Notes under the pieces: model-generated | Database searches by the model: none | What the model was told of the DNA's origin: nothing | The model's input: only the letters and a program-made list of their open reading frames with translations | Translations under genes and position numbers: made by a program | Shown: positions 12,643 through 27,100 of the stretch, piece by piece | How the letters are laid out: each line of letters begins with the position of its first letter | How positions within the stretch are numbered: the stretch's first letter is position 1 | Origin: Zygnema circumcarinatum SAG 698-1b | Lineage: Eukaryota > Plantae > Zygnematophyceae | Direction of reading: 5' to 3' | DNA length: 64,000 bases | Assembly (NCBI GenBank): GCA_037447605.1 | Contig: CM074804.1 | Location: forward strand, 3,697,909 to 3,761,908

Positions 12643-15600
12643 ATGGCAGCAGCTCTTTGCGCAGCGCGGTGGATCGGTAATGTGGGAGCGCCATGGCTCG
12701 CAGGAGGCAGCAGGGAACAGGGCGAGCTTGGAGCTTGTGAGCTCATGGGAGGCGGGAGGTCCTTGAAGAATGGCGCTGGAATTAGGGTTAGCGGACTGAA
12801 GGCCGGGAAGGCGAGGCCGCAAACAGCGGCAGTGAGAGCATCTGAAGGGCGCGTGGCTGCAGAAACAAGAGAAGAACGTCTATCTGAGGATGCAAAATCT
12901 ACATTGTCGCATGCAAGGGAGGATCATGTTGGAATTCACGTAGGCAACACCAGCCATATGGGAGACAATGGAGATTTGGGAGAAAAGGGAGAAGGAGCTG
13001 TTGCGGAAGGAAGTCTGGATGAGGGTGAAAGTGAGGCATTGATCAGGACAGACGTGGCAAGCGCCAGCGGTCGGGGCACGCAGGAAGCGCAGAAATTGAC
13101 GCTTGATGACGTGAATCCTGTGGGACTTGGACGGCGCTCTCGTCAGCTTTTTGACGACGTCTGGCGCAGACTCATTCAGTTGGGGCAGCTCACACAGCCG
13201 CCTCTTCAGGAGGAGTATGAGGATGTGTTGGTGCAGGGGCCAAACTGCGACTTCACAACTCCAAATGCAGAATTCACAACTGTGCTTGTTGCAGGAGCTA
13301 CAGGGCGGGTGGGCCGAGTTCTTGTGCGCAAGTTACTGCTTCGAGGTTACTCTGTAAAGGCAAGAGTTTAGCCCCGTGTAATAATTGTGTTTGTGGTTTT
13401 GCAAACCATTTCACTTACGTTAACTGAACTGCATTGTCGAGAGAATGTAAGGGAGGCGCCTAGATCTAAGAGCATGCAGAGTTTATGACTTCGACTTGTT
13501 TCTCTCATAGTCTAAAATTGAGCTCTCTCTACTGAAGTGAAAATTCATACTAAATTGCTATTGTTTGTAGTTGTAGAAAAGGATTGTGAGGGATTCCTAT
13601 GTCTATGGATCCTAGAGCTTGCTCTTATTCTGCCAATTCTCCACTTATGCTCCAGGCATTGGTCCGAAATCGGGACCCAGAGACGTTGGAGAAACTTCCA
13701 AGGTCTGTAGAGGTGGTGGTGGGAGATCTTGGAGACCCGAAGTCTCTGAAAGCTGCCGTTGAGGGCTGCACGAAAGTTGTCTTCTGTGCTCGCGCGCGCA
13801 CTGCCATCACTGGCGACTTGCTGCGAGTGGAGCAGCAGGGCGTTGACAACTTGGCGCGGGCAATCTTGGTATGGCACACTCCTCTTCGCCCTTTTCAACG
13901 GCATTGCACTGCATACTCTTCTCCCGAACTCGACTTTATGCAATGCTTAAAAATTCTATATTCGGCAGGTTTTACTGGAGGTTAGGTGACTGCAATGTAG
14001 ATGCGTGAATGCACGCTTATTTATGTACCCACGTATGGGTGCTATTCATTAATACCTGGGTAGGAGCAAATGTTGTAGGCACAACTTCAACTGATGGAAG
14101 AATGAGCTTAAACAATTGTATGCATTTCATTGTACCCCCGTCAATTGAGTCATGCTCCAGCTAAGTACATTTCAAGCAGAGCAAGGCAGGATTAATTCTG
14201 GCCACAGCTTGGAAGGCTGTCTCACGTCACTACGGAGAATGATAGCACTTCTTCTGTCTTTGCAGGACTACAACAACATGCTGGCGGCTCGCAGGAGAGG
14301 TCGCAGTGCTAAAAGCAAACTCACTATTGCCAAGTTTAGCAAGCCCCAACACCAGGAGGGTTGGGAGCTGCGCGAAGGCGGTGGCAGCAGTGCCGGTTTC
14401 GACTCACGCTATGATGGCGGCTGTGACGCTGAGCTCGAATTCACTGAAAAGGGCACGGGGGTCTTTAAAGGTATGCTTCTGCTCAGCTCCATCCTGACCT
14501 CGATGATGTCCTCCCGGCGGCTACTTCAATCTCAATGAAAATTTATTTTCGCAATCAACCCACTTGTCTGTCGCCTTTGCAGGATTTGTTTTTACGAAAG
14601 GGGGATACGTGGAAGCAGCGCGACCGCTACAGTTGCCGGAAGGCACACAGCTGGCCCGGTGAGTTTCCTGAATTTGACACAAGTTTTGGTCGACCTTCGG
14701 TTGACTGCATTTTGCTGCAAAGGGTCGAACGGTCTTTATCTGATTTGATTCATTCGAATACTTGCAATCTGATGGCGGCGCAGGTATGAAGGTTTGCTTT
14801 TAAACATTATTGGAGATGGCAAGCCTTACAGTCTAGTCTTGGAGACCCAGGACGATGAATATGGCAACCCTGGTCGGACATATACAGCGCGCTTCAATAC
14901 ACGGAAAGGCTACAGCAGGGTATGCCTTCCCATGCGTCTGCCATCACATCTACTCAGAAACAGTGTAACTTGCATGGCATTGGATGAAAATGGCAACTTA
15001 TTGATAGAGTTCTGTAGACAGTACGATTGATAATGGCACTGTGGACTGAAGAGTACAAGAGGCCTGCAGTTTGAGCGAGACGACTTGCTCACTCCGTAAT
15101 GTAGGCGTTAATCTGTCGGAAGTGAGAACAAAGGTCCTGAAATTACAACTTGATAGCGGAGTATTGTGCGGCATGGCAACATCGTGCTTTGCCAAACCTT
15201 CCTTGTCCCGCGCTGCTCCGCCCATGAATGCTGGCCGTCAGACGAAGTAGGCATGCTTTGCACTGTCCGCATGTTGACAGGCGTAGGAGGTGGGCGGGGT
15301 CGGACGCAGGTGCGCATTCCGTTCTCAGCCATGCGGCCGGTTGCAATAGACGATCCACCATTGGATGTTGGCCTCGTCACAACTCTCGCCATTCGATTTG
15401 AGCCTCGTCGAATGGTAATTTCTGCTTGCTTCCGCCTTCCCCATGAATCAAACTCAAGACTGAGCAATAACCAGAGTGCATGTTGGGAACGCTTATGCCT
15501 TGGCCATGCGATTCCTTGCATGTAAGCAGAAGGGAGGAGCTGTGGTGAGGTCTTCAAAGAACGGGAAGCAAGCAGAAGCGGACGACAATGATGAGAGCAG

Positions 15601-17392
15601 CTTCCGGTTGGAGCTGGACTTCATCAAGGCTCTTCCTGTGAGCTCTTCCTTTCAGAAGCCCTAAGGTTTTCGCGATAGGATCTTGATGAAGTAACAGGAG
15701 GGAGTCACATATCTGCAAAGCCTCCTTTTGTGGTATAAAAATGTAGGTTTCTTAAGAAAAAGAAATAATATTTAGATATACTTTTTTAAATCAAAACAAT
15801 TGTTTGAAGATAGTTCGAGGATGAGGAAGTGGTTTTCTGTGCCCATGTGTTAGCAGCTCTTGGAGTCCGAAGTAAGGATAGGGAGCTGTTCCTGAAGTAG
15901 CTTAGCCAGTCATATAGATATTGACATTACAGACTCTGGTTTAAGCTCGAATGAGATAGGAGGGGGGATCGCGAATATACTAAAAAGAATGTCTCATTAG
16001 GAAAAGTATCCATCTGCCCGTTTGCCTGCAGGGAGGAGAGGAGACAGACTTCATTCTGGTTTCGTGCACAGGGGCCGGCGTGCCAGAGGATGTGAGAGAG
16101 AAGGTGGTCAAAGCAAAGATGGTACACGACGCCTCACCTGCTTTATCCCACTTCTAGAATTTAAACAGGTTGACTTCAACTGGAATTTCGAGTCTGCTTA
16201 CTGTGCAAGAGATTCATGCGAACGAAAGGTAGGTCTAACAGAACAAAACGGGTCGCAATTTTGGCAGGGTGGAGAGCAAATACTGAGGAACTCAGGCCTG
16301 GGCTACACCATAGTGCGACCGGGGCCTCTGCAGGTACGATAAATATCTGCAATCTTTGCAATAACGTTGCATTCAAGTGCCAAATGCTAGTCCCTCTTTC
16401 CCCGCTTCTTGTCACTGTGCTCCAATTTGAATTATTCTGTTCCTGTTTGCAGGAGGAGCCAGGGGGCCAACGGGCACTTGTGTTCGATCAGGGTAACCGG
16501 ATTTCACAGGTAATTCGCGAAACTACGGTTTTGGTGGTCGAGAGTTCGGATCTTTCCAAGCACGATTCTACGATTCTATTGAGCAATTGAAGCACTGCCA
16601 AGCCTTTTAACTTCTGCAGTTAGGTCACAAAAAACTTTCGAGCTGCAGTGTTTTGTTTCACGTTTCATCATTGTCATAGACTTTTCGTTCTATACAACAC
16701 TCATGTGGACTCTAAGACTAGGTAGCTGAGTTAAGTAAGAGGTCACCACCCCAGAACAATGGAGCAACTCTCCTGTGCCGCCCTTTCTTCTAGCGAAGTG
16801 AATGTTGTCTACTTTTATCTCACGTTAGCTGCAGAACACCAGAGGTCTCGAACTAATTTGTAAGGTGAGACTGTGACAGGCAATCAGCTGCGCCGATGTG
16901 GCAGACGTGTGTGTGAAGGCGCTTCATGACCCGTCTGCAAGAAATAAGAGCTTCGATGTGAGGACCTTAGGCCATCCTTCTGTGGACCCCTTCTATGTTG
17001 TAGTGCTGTGGAAAGAAGGCTGTGGCTGACTTTGGGACATGCATGCGAGACGCCTTACTGAAGGCTTCTTGTTCTGCTGGCTTGCAGGTATGCTACGAGT
17101 ACACAGATGGACAGGGTTTATATGAACTGGTACAGCCCCGCAACCTTCTGCCTGTTCCTTTCCATTGTGACCCTGCACCGTCCAGCTGTTCTTGTCGAGG
17201 CGCTGTGAAAGACGTATCACTGTTCTTTTCTGGAAAAAAGGAAGGAAATATAAAGCTGAAGGACATTTCTGAAATAGTCCCCGCTCTAATCGTGGTGTGA
17301 TCGCTTGGGTTGGGACGCAGGTGGCTCATCTTCCAGATAAGGCCAACAGCTACCTCACACCGGCACTTCAACTGCTCGAAAAGAACACTTAG
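12643..17392 (+). CDS. HCF173: HCF173-like chloroplast SDR/NAD(P)-binding protein with CIA30-like insert (psbA translation factor family)
   Basis: Transit-peptide-like N-terminus. DDVNPVGLGRRSRQLFDDVWRR, Rossmann motif VLVAGATGRVGRVLVRKLLLRGY, ETDFILVSCTG, LRNSGLGYTIVRPGPL, EEPGGQRALVFDQGNRISQ, ISCADVADVCVKALHD and the C-terminus VAHLPDKANSYLTPALQLLEKNT* (TAG 17390-17392) match the family as I recall it. Confidence 0.93.
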
Positions 17393-18037
17393 TTTTTGTT
17401 AGGTTTTTGTTAGGGAAACTAAGAAATCAGACTGCAGAGATAGTCCTTGAGAAGCTTGGCTCTGCAACAGGAGCTCATATAAAGAATGGTATTAGGCCAT
17501 GCAAAGGTGTCTGCGAGTGTACAGTTTTTATGACATGCAGCAATTGTCTGTATGATGAAAAGGAAGGGTGGCAAGTAAAATTAGTCCAATGTTATGCTTT
17601 TTGTACTAACCCCTGCCCCTCCTCGCCTCTTCCCCCCATCCTCCCCCTCAAGGCATTGAGATTGGTGGAATGAATTTCGCTTTGTTTCTACTAACGAGCA
17701 AAGAAAAAATTCGTATACCAATTTAGAAATTCATTTCCGAAAGCAACAAAGCAAGCTGCATAATTCTCAAGCAGGTATAGCACAATCATCGTTGGCACTG
17801 GCTGCACATTGATAGGGACAAAAAAAGTGCATTTCTTGCATATCGACAAAAAAAGTGCATTTTCTTGCATGCTCACTCTGTATACAAGTAAAAATTCCAT
17901 ACTGGGCGTTTGCTCTTCCTTCTCTAGACCCTATAGCCGTCTATCCTTCGACATTCTGGAGGTGAAATAACCGCTACCAGACAGTACCAGTTTCCACCAA
18001 GAACTGTCCTATGTAAAAGTACACGAGATAAACATCA

Positions 18038-19851
18038 TTATTTTGTCATTGGCAGTCCACTTGCTTGCCAAGCGCCAAAGCCACCCTGAACATCTGTCAA
18101 GTTTTCATATGCCTGCATTATCAAAACTCCAGATAGAGGCACATGCAGGTAAAGGATATTGTCAAAACAGGATCATCCAGTCAACGCACGCGATAGCTTA
18201 TCAAACAAACTAATCAGACGGAATTAACTGCAAACAATACAATTTGTGATATCTATAGAGTGGTAATAACAATCTCATCAAGTAGAATTAAAGCACTGTC
18301 GCAAGCAAAAAAAAAAAAAAAAAAATCTGCAACATGGTAATTGCAGCCATTTCAAGTGATCAGTGTCAAGTGAGTACATTGCCAATGATGATAGTGCTTG
18401 TATGTACTGGAGGACGTTAACTGAAGATAAGGGATCTGTTCACTCAATCGATTATGTCCTCACTTTCTGTGATCTTTCTCAAACGAGGGAACAGACAGAT
18501 GTATCTGGACGCGACAAAAGGAAATGGAACTACGCACCGCATTTTTCAGTTCATTGACTGCCATTGCCGAACGCTTCCCACTCTGGCACCCCTGCAAAAA
18601 ATGAACCCAAACATACGGCACAGCAAAATGATGTGCTTCCAGGCAGTTTTAACTCTTGGCACTCCCATCAAATGTCCTAATACAATCAAAACGCATTTAA
18701 CCCTCAGCAGCCCACAGATAGTCATAACACAACAGCTTGTTGAGGACGTCGTTGAAAAAAAAGTTGTGGAAAAAATAACTTTGAGCGTGTTTTTCTACGA
18801 ACACCTACAGTGCGGCTTACATCCCAGAAAGAAAGCATACCACAACAAGCTTGTCTTGTTGGCTGAAGCACTTGCTGACGTCCTCCAAGAAGGACGGGTT
18901 TTTGGCCATTCCTGCATTGCAGCGAGTTGTGAAAAACGCGTCAAGAGAGGAAGGAAGGGTTGGAAGGATCACGCAAGCACACCCGTACAGTAAGCTCACA
19001 GAGAAGGAGAACTGACACTCACCTCCACCGCTGGAAAACATGAAGGGGACGTTGACCGCTCCTTCAACATGGCCGTTTGCAAATTCCTCGGGAGTCCTGC
19101 ACACATACCCCCAACCTGGGTGAGAACAGATGCCATGGAACAGTTTTATGAGCCCACTTCACTGCAGATAATCCATAGACTCACACCAACAGCAATAAAG
19201 CTAAGATTAATTTAGTTCGATAATAGTTGCAGTTCAGCCCTCTCTATTCTTTCCTTGAGAGTGATATGCGTGCCAGCAAAACTACTTATTATATTCTCTA
19301 AATTCTGAAGGTCTATCAGACTTGCGTCCACCGCGCTCGCTGCACGCTGATTACTCAGTCAGACAAAATGCAAAAACCTGCTCTATGCTGCAAAGGTACA
19401 GTCTACCATGTAAGACAACAGTCCCTTGCTCTCCCTGAGCGACCAGCATACAAGGCGCCTTGCAGCAGGCATCCCATACCTGACATCCAAATAGCTGTGC
19501 CCTGTCTCTACGAGCTCCTTTGCCACCTCCACCGGTACAACCTTCATGCTGGCCATAGTTCTGCACGCCCGCAACATCACCAGCAGAAGTAAGAGCGCTA
19601 TCCAGGTCGGCCTCACTGTTCAGACGCAGGCCGAAGCACGTGCACGACCTTACAGCGCGCAGCGAGAGGGAGGGCGGGCGGCAGGCGAGCCGCGCCCTCC
19701 CCTCCGCGGGCCCGCGCCACTCCCTGCGCGGCGCGAGCGAGGGCGCGGCCGCGGCGCGGGGGAGGGCAGGCAGACCCCGCGAGGAGGGCCGCCATAGAGC
19801 GGCGGCGGCAGCAGCCGCCCGCGCATGCAGCAGCGGCGTGGCCATGGCCAT
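18038..19851 (-). CDS. Single-domain rhodanese/sulfurtransferase (STR15-18/SEN1/HAC1-like group) with probable plastid transit peptide (6 exons)
   Basis: ATG at 19851 (MAMATPLLHARAAAA...). Exons join to give HSYLDVR/TPEEFANGHVEGAVNVPF, KNPSFLEDV...DKLVV, the active-site loop GCQSGKRSAMA (near 18590) and AYENLTDVQGGFGAWQASGLPMTK*. Stop TAA at 18040-18038. Confidence 0.9.
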
Positions 19852-21177
19852 GGAAGAGGACGTACTCGTCAGAGGGACGGAGGGAGCGAGAGGGCAGCGC
19901 ACGCACGCACGCACGCGGGCGGGGTCGAAGTCCGGCCGCGCCCGCTAGTCCGCTTCCGCTTTGGCTCGCGGCCGCCCGCCGGCTGACGCGCGCGCGAACC
20001 TGCGCCGCACCTTCGCTGCGGAAGGGGAGTCGCGAGTCGCGACAAGACGCGGTCACGCGGCCAGCGCGGGGCGTATGTGCCGGAATATCGTAATATCTCC
20101 GTATCGTATCTCTGGAATATCGGATGCGTGCCGCGGGGCGCCCTCCGCCTACCGTACGGGAGTGGAACGGAAACGAGAGAGGGCGAGGGCGGGTCGACCT
20201 CGACAGAGGGCGGTGGGGGGCTCGTCATTCCGCTGTCATCATTTGTGGCGCGGGAAGTAGGCAGGTAGGCACTAGGTTGAAAGGATACTTGCTTACTTAT
20301 CCCCCCATATTGAAAATGTAGAGTAGACCCAGGCAAAGCACCTAACGTCTTTTTCAAGATTGCAAGCCCTGTCCACGACGGCTAGATGTCGTGATTGGTT
20401 GGTCACTTTGCTTGTGAGGGGAGGGTACGCAGAGAGCCTCAAGGAAGTTTTCGTGTCGCGCTTCTTTTTATTCGGTATAGCAATGGAAAGCACGAGATGG
20501 CCCGTTCGCCGCTCGCAAGAGGACGATCTTGATACAAACAACAAGCTATACCGGGCGTGCTCTCACCGCCTTCGAGCAGCCGCTCCTTCTGAAAGGAACG
20601 TCGCAATCCCCTCCAGAGGGTTCTTGAGTTGACGCAACAAGCGGCAAACAGAGACGTGATTGACGCTGCACGCACACAACGACCCAACGAGATGGTTCAT
20701 CACGCCATTGCCATCTGAGCAGCACCACCCAATCGGTTTCCATTCTTCAGATCGGACCATTGACGCGTTTCTCCAGTCCTGCGGAGCCACCTGGCAGCAC
20801 CGAGGTGTATGGAGCCACCTCCCTACACTGATGAAATCCAATGCCCGCCAACACCCTCCTATTCCCAACCACTACCGCATGCTGTAAAGCCCCACTGTCT
20901 CCGAGGGTCCTAGATGAAAAAAGTCTGACGCTTGCATACGATCGAGGACAGCCTAGGCACCTAAACTTTCTAAGCAGAAAGGGACGATTCAAAAGGCGTT
21001 GGTGACGATCGCCCCGGGACTGCTCCGGCCTCACCAAACAGCCACAGACAGTTGAGTCTCAGTAGCAGCCACCCTTTTAAACGCATACTCTACTTCTATC
21101 TCTTCCCTACTTCATGTCACACCGTTTTGAACGGCAAAGGAAGCGGTAAACTTGAGCAGGATATGACATTAATGGAA

Positions 21178-24100
21178 TCACTTGAAACGCTCTCCCTTCT
21201 TCTTGTGGGCAGGTTGGCTTCGGGGCTGTTTGGTCACAGGCGCCAAAGGAAGGGGACTTGAGCAAGCCGTCATCACTTCATTCAGTCGTTCCAATTGGCC
21301 GAACAAACTCCTCACAGCATCCATGTCAGAGCCACCTAGAAGCCCATACAAGTCATGCGGTTGCAAAGTAAACGGATAAGAAACAAGTCATTTCAAGACA
21401 GGCAATAAGCCTCCAAAAATTGAGGGTTTTCAGCGTAAATCCAATTCCTAAATGCTTTTGCAAAGATCACAAGTATTATTCATAAGTTGAACAAGTGAGA
21501 AACCATCAAAGAATGCCAGACTGAAGCCCATTCCGACTCCACCCATTCCCTTGAACTAACACTAAACGACCTCCCATGAAAATAAGCCAATCAATCCTCC
21601 CTGCCCGTCACCACCAGGGAGCTCTTACGTACCCCACATGAATTCCTCCGCTTGCAGGAGGAGCTCGAAAATGGAAGGCTCTCCTTGTACAAAAGACTCC
21701 TTTAGTATCTTCTCAGCCTGCAATGCCCCTCCCCCCCAAAACCACAACCCACCACCGCCAACTCCCGACCCTTTCAGATAACAGATGCAGACAGCAGAGG
21801 CGCAACGGGTTTACAAACCCACTCCGTTTTCTATAATGAAAGAAATGCAAAAGAGGAAATCAACCCATGAGAATGCCATTCTTGGAAATCAACTAGCCCC
21901 TGAAACCGACATGGCTCTTAAAGACACTTTGCTCTCCCTTTGATGCCCCCAGTTAGCGTTAGCCCTTCCATCCCGGGCCAGCGACGCGCAGTGAGGTGGC
22001 CATGAATGGGCTGTGGAGATGTCAGCTGACCTGCTGCACCCAGAGCTCTGCTCTCTGCGCGCGGCCAAGTCGATAACTTTCGAGTCGTGCTTGAGTTAAG
22101 GAGCTTCTGCTAGATTCCAGTCTTCCTCCTTCCACTGCACACAGATTAGCCCCTGCAAAGAGAAGAAGCAAGATAAACAGTTCGCCAGACATTCTTGCTC
22201 ACAGCAACAACACCTGCGGCTGCAGTCATTTGCGGTTCAACAAACTTTTTGTTCTGTCATTTGTTGTGAGGGAGAAACGTTCTCGACTCAGCTCCATGCA
22301 GTTTGAACATGCTCGTAAGAAACGCAATGCAGCTACAGTCATAAACAATACAGAAGGCCTCACGTTGATTCTGTCCTTTGCCGCGTAATCTGGCTTTCTT
22401 CAGCATCTCTTCCAAATCTGCAAGCGAGTATGTGTACAGCAGTGTCCTTGCAGCCGGTCCACAGCTGCAAAAGTGTCTTGAAGTCAAGGAAACAAACTGA
22501 TTAAATTACCAAACTTTGCGAAAAACCCAACGCTCGATGACTAAAAACGTCACCACTCTGTTGAATCACTTCATCCGCCCTTCCGGCAGGCTAAGAGTCT
22601 AGACAGTGAGAATATCTCCATATCTGGAGATTACACGGGCAATGCTCAGCAACATTCACAATAGGTAAGCCGAATGACTCGCCAACGGCAGCAGTAAGAG
22701 GATATTTGAGGTGCGCACTGGAGGCAGGCCTGCTTCTTGGCCCGGCAGCCGCACGTGACGGCTGCGAGGAAGACGCTCCCCTGGCAGACGGCGCACGCGC
22801 TGTGGGCGGCGCTGCGCTGCCGACTGCGGACTGTGCCCTCCATCGCCTGAGCGCCTCTTTGGTCACTTTGCTGCTTCAGAACTTTCCCCAGTTGCTCCTC
22901 CAGCCTGATTCGGCAGAAACATCCACACGACGTTTCTATGAGGAGAATTCACAACTTTTCATCTACAAAGGCAGTGGCATGCAGTGCACAGGCTAGCTGC
23001 AATAACTGCAGAAGCAGACACCTAGCCATCGGAAAACGTTTCAGAATCCAAGAGAGCTGAACGTCGGCCACACAAGGTGCAGCAAGGCAGCAGCCTGCAG
23101 TGCATCTCGCCCGAGGTCCAAGGCATACGCGGAGGCATAACTCAGGAAGCTCACTGTTTTTGTGAGTCAAAAAGGGCTTTTCGCAAAAGACTGCGAGCAG
23201 GTGGTCTTAGGCATTGCTTGCATACCAGGGGGCCATGTGAGCAGGAGCATTCCCTTGGGCGGCCCTGCACAAAAGTTCGTGGAAGTCAAGAGCAGGCGTT
23301 TTGTGAAAGCGCCGATACTTGACGGTTCCTGCACCCAGCCCCACAGAAAACACCTGAACTACATCATTTCCAGCTGCTATAGAAATTGGTCCACACCAAA
23401 ATCATCAAATCTTGCGTGTCTATCGAGTCTGCTCTCTACTGTATTCGATAAATTGTATAACACATTGCAACGACAGTTGCAAAAAGCCAAGTCATGGAAG
23501 CAATAGCTTGAGTGCCATTGTGAAGGAGGGGGCACCTGCAGCTCCAAAAGGCAGCCAGTCCACTGGAGCGAAGTTCACTGCCTCCGCACAATTGAACTGC
23601 TCAACCCGCATTGCCAGTTTTCTCAACAATTCAGGATTCAGGAAACTTAGTGGTCCAGAGCTGACATTGCTTCACTACAGCATGAAAGTAGCAGTAGTAA
23701 TAATAATGGAAGGGCAAAAAAACGCACGCCATGGTTAAAGCCTGCATGGTAAGCTCGGGGATACGTGATGACAAACTCCCCCGGCAGCTGCCCCTCCCAA
23801 GAACAATAAAGCGCTTGTAAGCAGTGAGAGCATTCCCACAATTCTCTGGTACGTCAATAAAAGAGCCTACATGAAATTGCCCTTTTGAAACCAATAGGAA
23901 AACGCGTTGCTCAACTCTTTCCGGCAGTAAACACCACACCATTGAAATCTTCCAACTAGCACCATTGAAATCTTGCTTGACTGCACTCTCCACGACCAAA
24001 AGGGGAAAGGGATTGAATAATTCAAAGTGTACAGAACAAGAAAGGAGACCCCAGCTCAGGCTCTTGTGACTTTCTTCAACATTAGGATAGAAACGCTCAG

Positions 24101-27100
24101 AGATGGCTACCTGCCGCACTCGATAAAGTGGGACCTTCCGCGCAAGAAGGTGCGTAGGCGAGACAGCTGTCACAAGCTCATGCAGCCTGCAAGGGACTGC
24201 AATGCGCTTTCAGGCCCTTACAACAAGGCCACTATAATGAGCTGCCTCAATGTCCTGGAAAGAGCAAAATTCAGAGCAAAATTGTTCCTCGAGAAGGAAA
24301 GATCCGACTAATTAAAGAGGCTACTCACAGATCAGGGCGTTTTGCAAACAGGGCAGGGACTTTCTGCCGCATCGCCCTCTCAAAATTTGCAGCCTCTGCT
24401 GCTGGCACGCCGTACCTACACTCCTCCCAAATGCACAAACCGGCTATTTCAATTATCAAATCAACAAGATGCTGAAATTCTTTCTTCATTAGAAAGGTCA
24501 GGTAGGCGTCGATGCTCAAGTAAAAAATAACTACTCTAATCAAAGTCACAACCTCGTGCGCTTACACAACAAGCTTTAAGCGTTGAAGTACAAGTGGAGT
24601 CGCAGGGATCGGAGGTACCCATCGTATGTTCAAAGCAGCTGTCACGCTATTTCCCTCTGACTTAAAATTGAAATCTATATTTAAGCTCTATACCAACAAG
24701 TGACCTTGTGTGCATTGCAACTCCACGTTGACGATGATGCACAACTTCAGAGCAGGCAATCCTGTTCCACTTCCTTGTTGTAGGCATGCAGCCTCTCTTG
24801 CGCATGTCCAAATAGAATGAATCACAAGAGGGCAAATCAAGGACGAAACAATGGCGGGGTAGCGGGGCGTAAGGGCGGACCAGGTTTTGGGGGCCCCAAG
24901 ATGGTGGTAGTTGACTGAGTACAGAAAGTTATCCTCGGTGTGGAAACAGAATGCTGCAAGTCCAGTCCGTCAGCCACAAGGTGCGAAGTGGCAGTCTCAG
25001 TCTTGAGAGCTTAAAGCTACGCATACGATCTTGCACTAACTACACACATATCTTCCGAACAAGAAAGCCTCACATTTTCATGAATGTAGTAGCTACTCTC
25101 ATGTGGAGGCCCCTTTCTAGCCCACAAAGTCTCTTGACCTTCTAAAAACAAGTACCTCACTAATTTTCAGCCGAGGACTTGGAAAGCTGTGGAAAAAAGT
25201 TATTCGAAAGAGGCGAGCAAGCAAGCCAGAATCCTGGAATGCTATTTGCAGACAATGAGTTCTTGCCCATGTCCTTCATCTCGAACATGCCATGAATGGT
25301 ATTCTTGCCTGTGAATATCATGCCAATGTACATCCATGGCACGGTAACTCCAGGCATCTTTCCATCGAGAAACTGCAGCAGGGAGCCTTCAAGCCGTGGC
25401 AAGTTCAGCAGGTTCCACGGACTCTGGGCGTATTTATCCTCTGCAAATTTCCGCGTTCAATTAAAGTCATTAGCAAATTTATACAAGAAGTTACCCTATC
25501 CATCTTCGCCCAAGTCAAATTCTTTAACGTGAGCAGAGGACCTAACCTACCGGCTGTTGATTTCGATGGCTGAGGGAAGCCGCTTCCCACCATAAGATCA
25601 CTTCCATAGTCCACCTGTTTAAGCCCCCACCCTCCTACACTAAGTCAACCCGGACTGTTGTCAACCAAACACAGAAGAAGTCATATAGTTAAGGTCGAAC
25701 TGCGTTCAATAGCGTCGGACTTCATGGCATGGTTCGAATTCAAGTTGACAAGCAATAAGAACCCTGGGCGAGATAGCAGCAATGACCATTCAAGATACTG
25801 CTCTCCACTAATTAAATGTCATTTTATGAAATGAAAACCTTCAGCAAGTCCGTACACATAATGAACTACATAGTGAATCACACAAACAAAGAGAAACAAT
25901 AATATTATCGTCTCCCCCTGCAAGTTGAGTTCGAACTGTGTGGCACCTCTACTTCCTCAGTTTCTGTCTCCACAATGCGCCAGAACTCCTGCTCCAATAT
26001 GCGGGCCAATTTCTCGCCTTTAGCATTCTTCCCAACTCTGTCGATCCTGCAGTCCATGGATTACAAGAACACCAGCTCTTTCAGGGGAAAATAGAAACAG
26101 TCAGGCCTTAGAAACGCTTGACTGACGATGTAATTTGTAGATTCAAGCCAACCTAACACCGTGATGGATTCTAGCGTTGCATTAGACACCCTTCAATTGC
26201 TTCTTGCTTCTTCTACCACTTCAGATGAATACCGAGCCTCTACTCTACTCCAACTTTCAAAGAAGTTAGAAGTAGACTCAACTTGAACCACACCAAAGAC
26301 TGAAAAGTGGTTTTCCAGTCATCTACACAAGGAAGCTGAATTGAATACTCATGACATTTCCTAGCAGAATTTCTGTCAAATACTGTCTTGAAAAGAACAA
26401 CTTGCTACTCAGCAGGCTTTTTACCATTGCTGCTCCATTTGAAGCGCCATTGCCTTGTATTCCTCCAAGCTGCAAACCGAGCAGTAAGTCACATTCAAAA
26501 CGTCAAAAAAACATGCAGCCACATACCCTCAAAACAACAACGTTTCTCAATTCCGAACTCATCGTTTATATCACAATCGATCATCAACCTCCTTATCCTC
26601 CCGGTCTTTAGTTTCCCATTCAGTCCTTTTGGTGGAACCAACCCTGAGCGGGCACAATAAAGGCCCCTAGTATACTACAAAAGAAAGAGCCAGTAAATCC
26701 TCGCTGCAGTGTCATTCCCAAATGGAGAAAATCTTCCCAAAATGGCATAGTCAAGACAGGATCAGACCTGTATTCCTGACTTTCACAAAAGCCTTCCCCT
26801 TGCTGTAATCGATGCACTTTTTGTTTCCTTGTCGTAAAGCGTGTGGAAGGATCGAGACAGAAAGGCGGATCCCACCCTTCAGGAGGTATAACTTTACATA
26901 CTCCATACTGAACAGTACAATAGCGAACGCTCCATGTCAAAACCTTATGTCTACCCTTTCGAAGTCATGCAGGAACAGACAGTGAGTTCTCTTCGCGTCT
27001 AACGATCTTCTTGTTTTAGACTTAGCAAACAATGGCCAACAAAGTGCTGACCATCATCCTGTGGGCAGTGCCAGCAGGAAAAAGGTCAAGAAGCAGTATG

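Noticed and set aside
17820-17871. Direct repeat AAAAAAAGTGCATTT(T)CTTGCAT x2 between convergent 3' ends
   Set aside because: Ordinary small slippage duplication.
20300-21100. Cluster of 65-100 aa ORFs on both strands between the rhodanese and JmjC genes
   Set aside because: No family motif and no consistent splice chain; may be 3' UTR of the JmjC gene.
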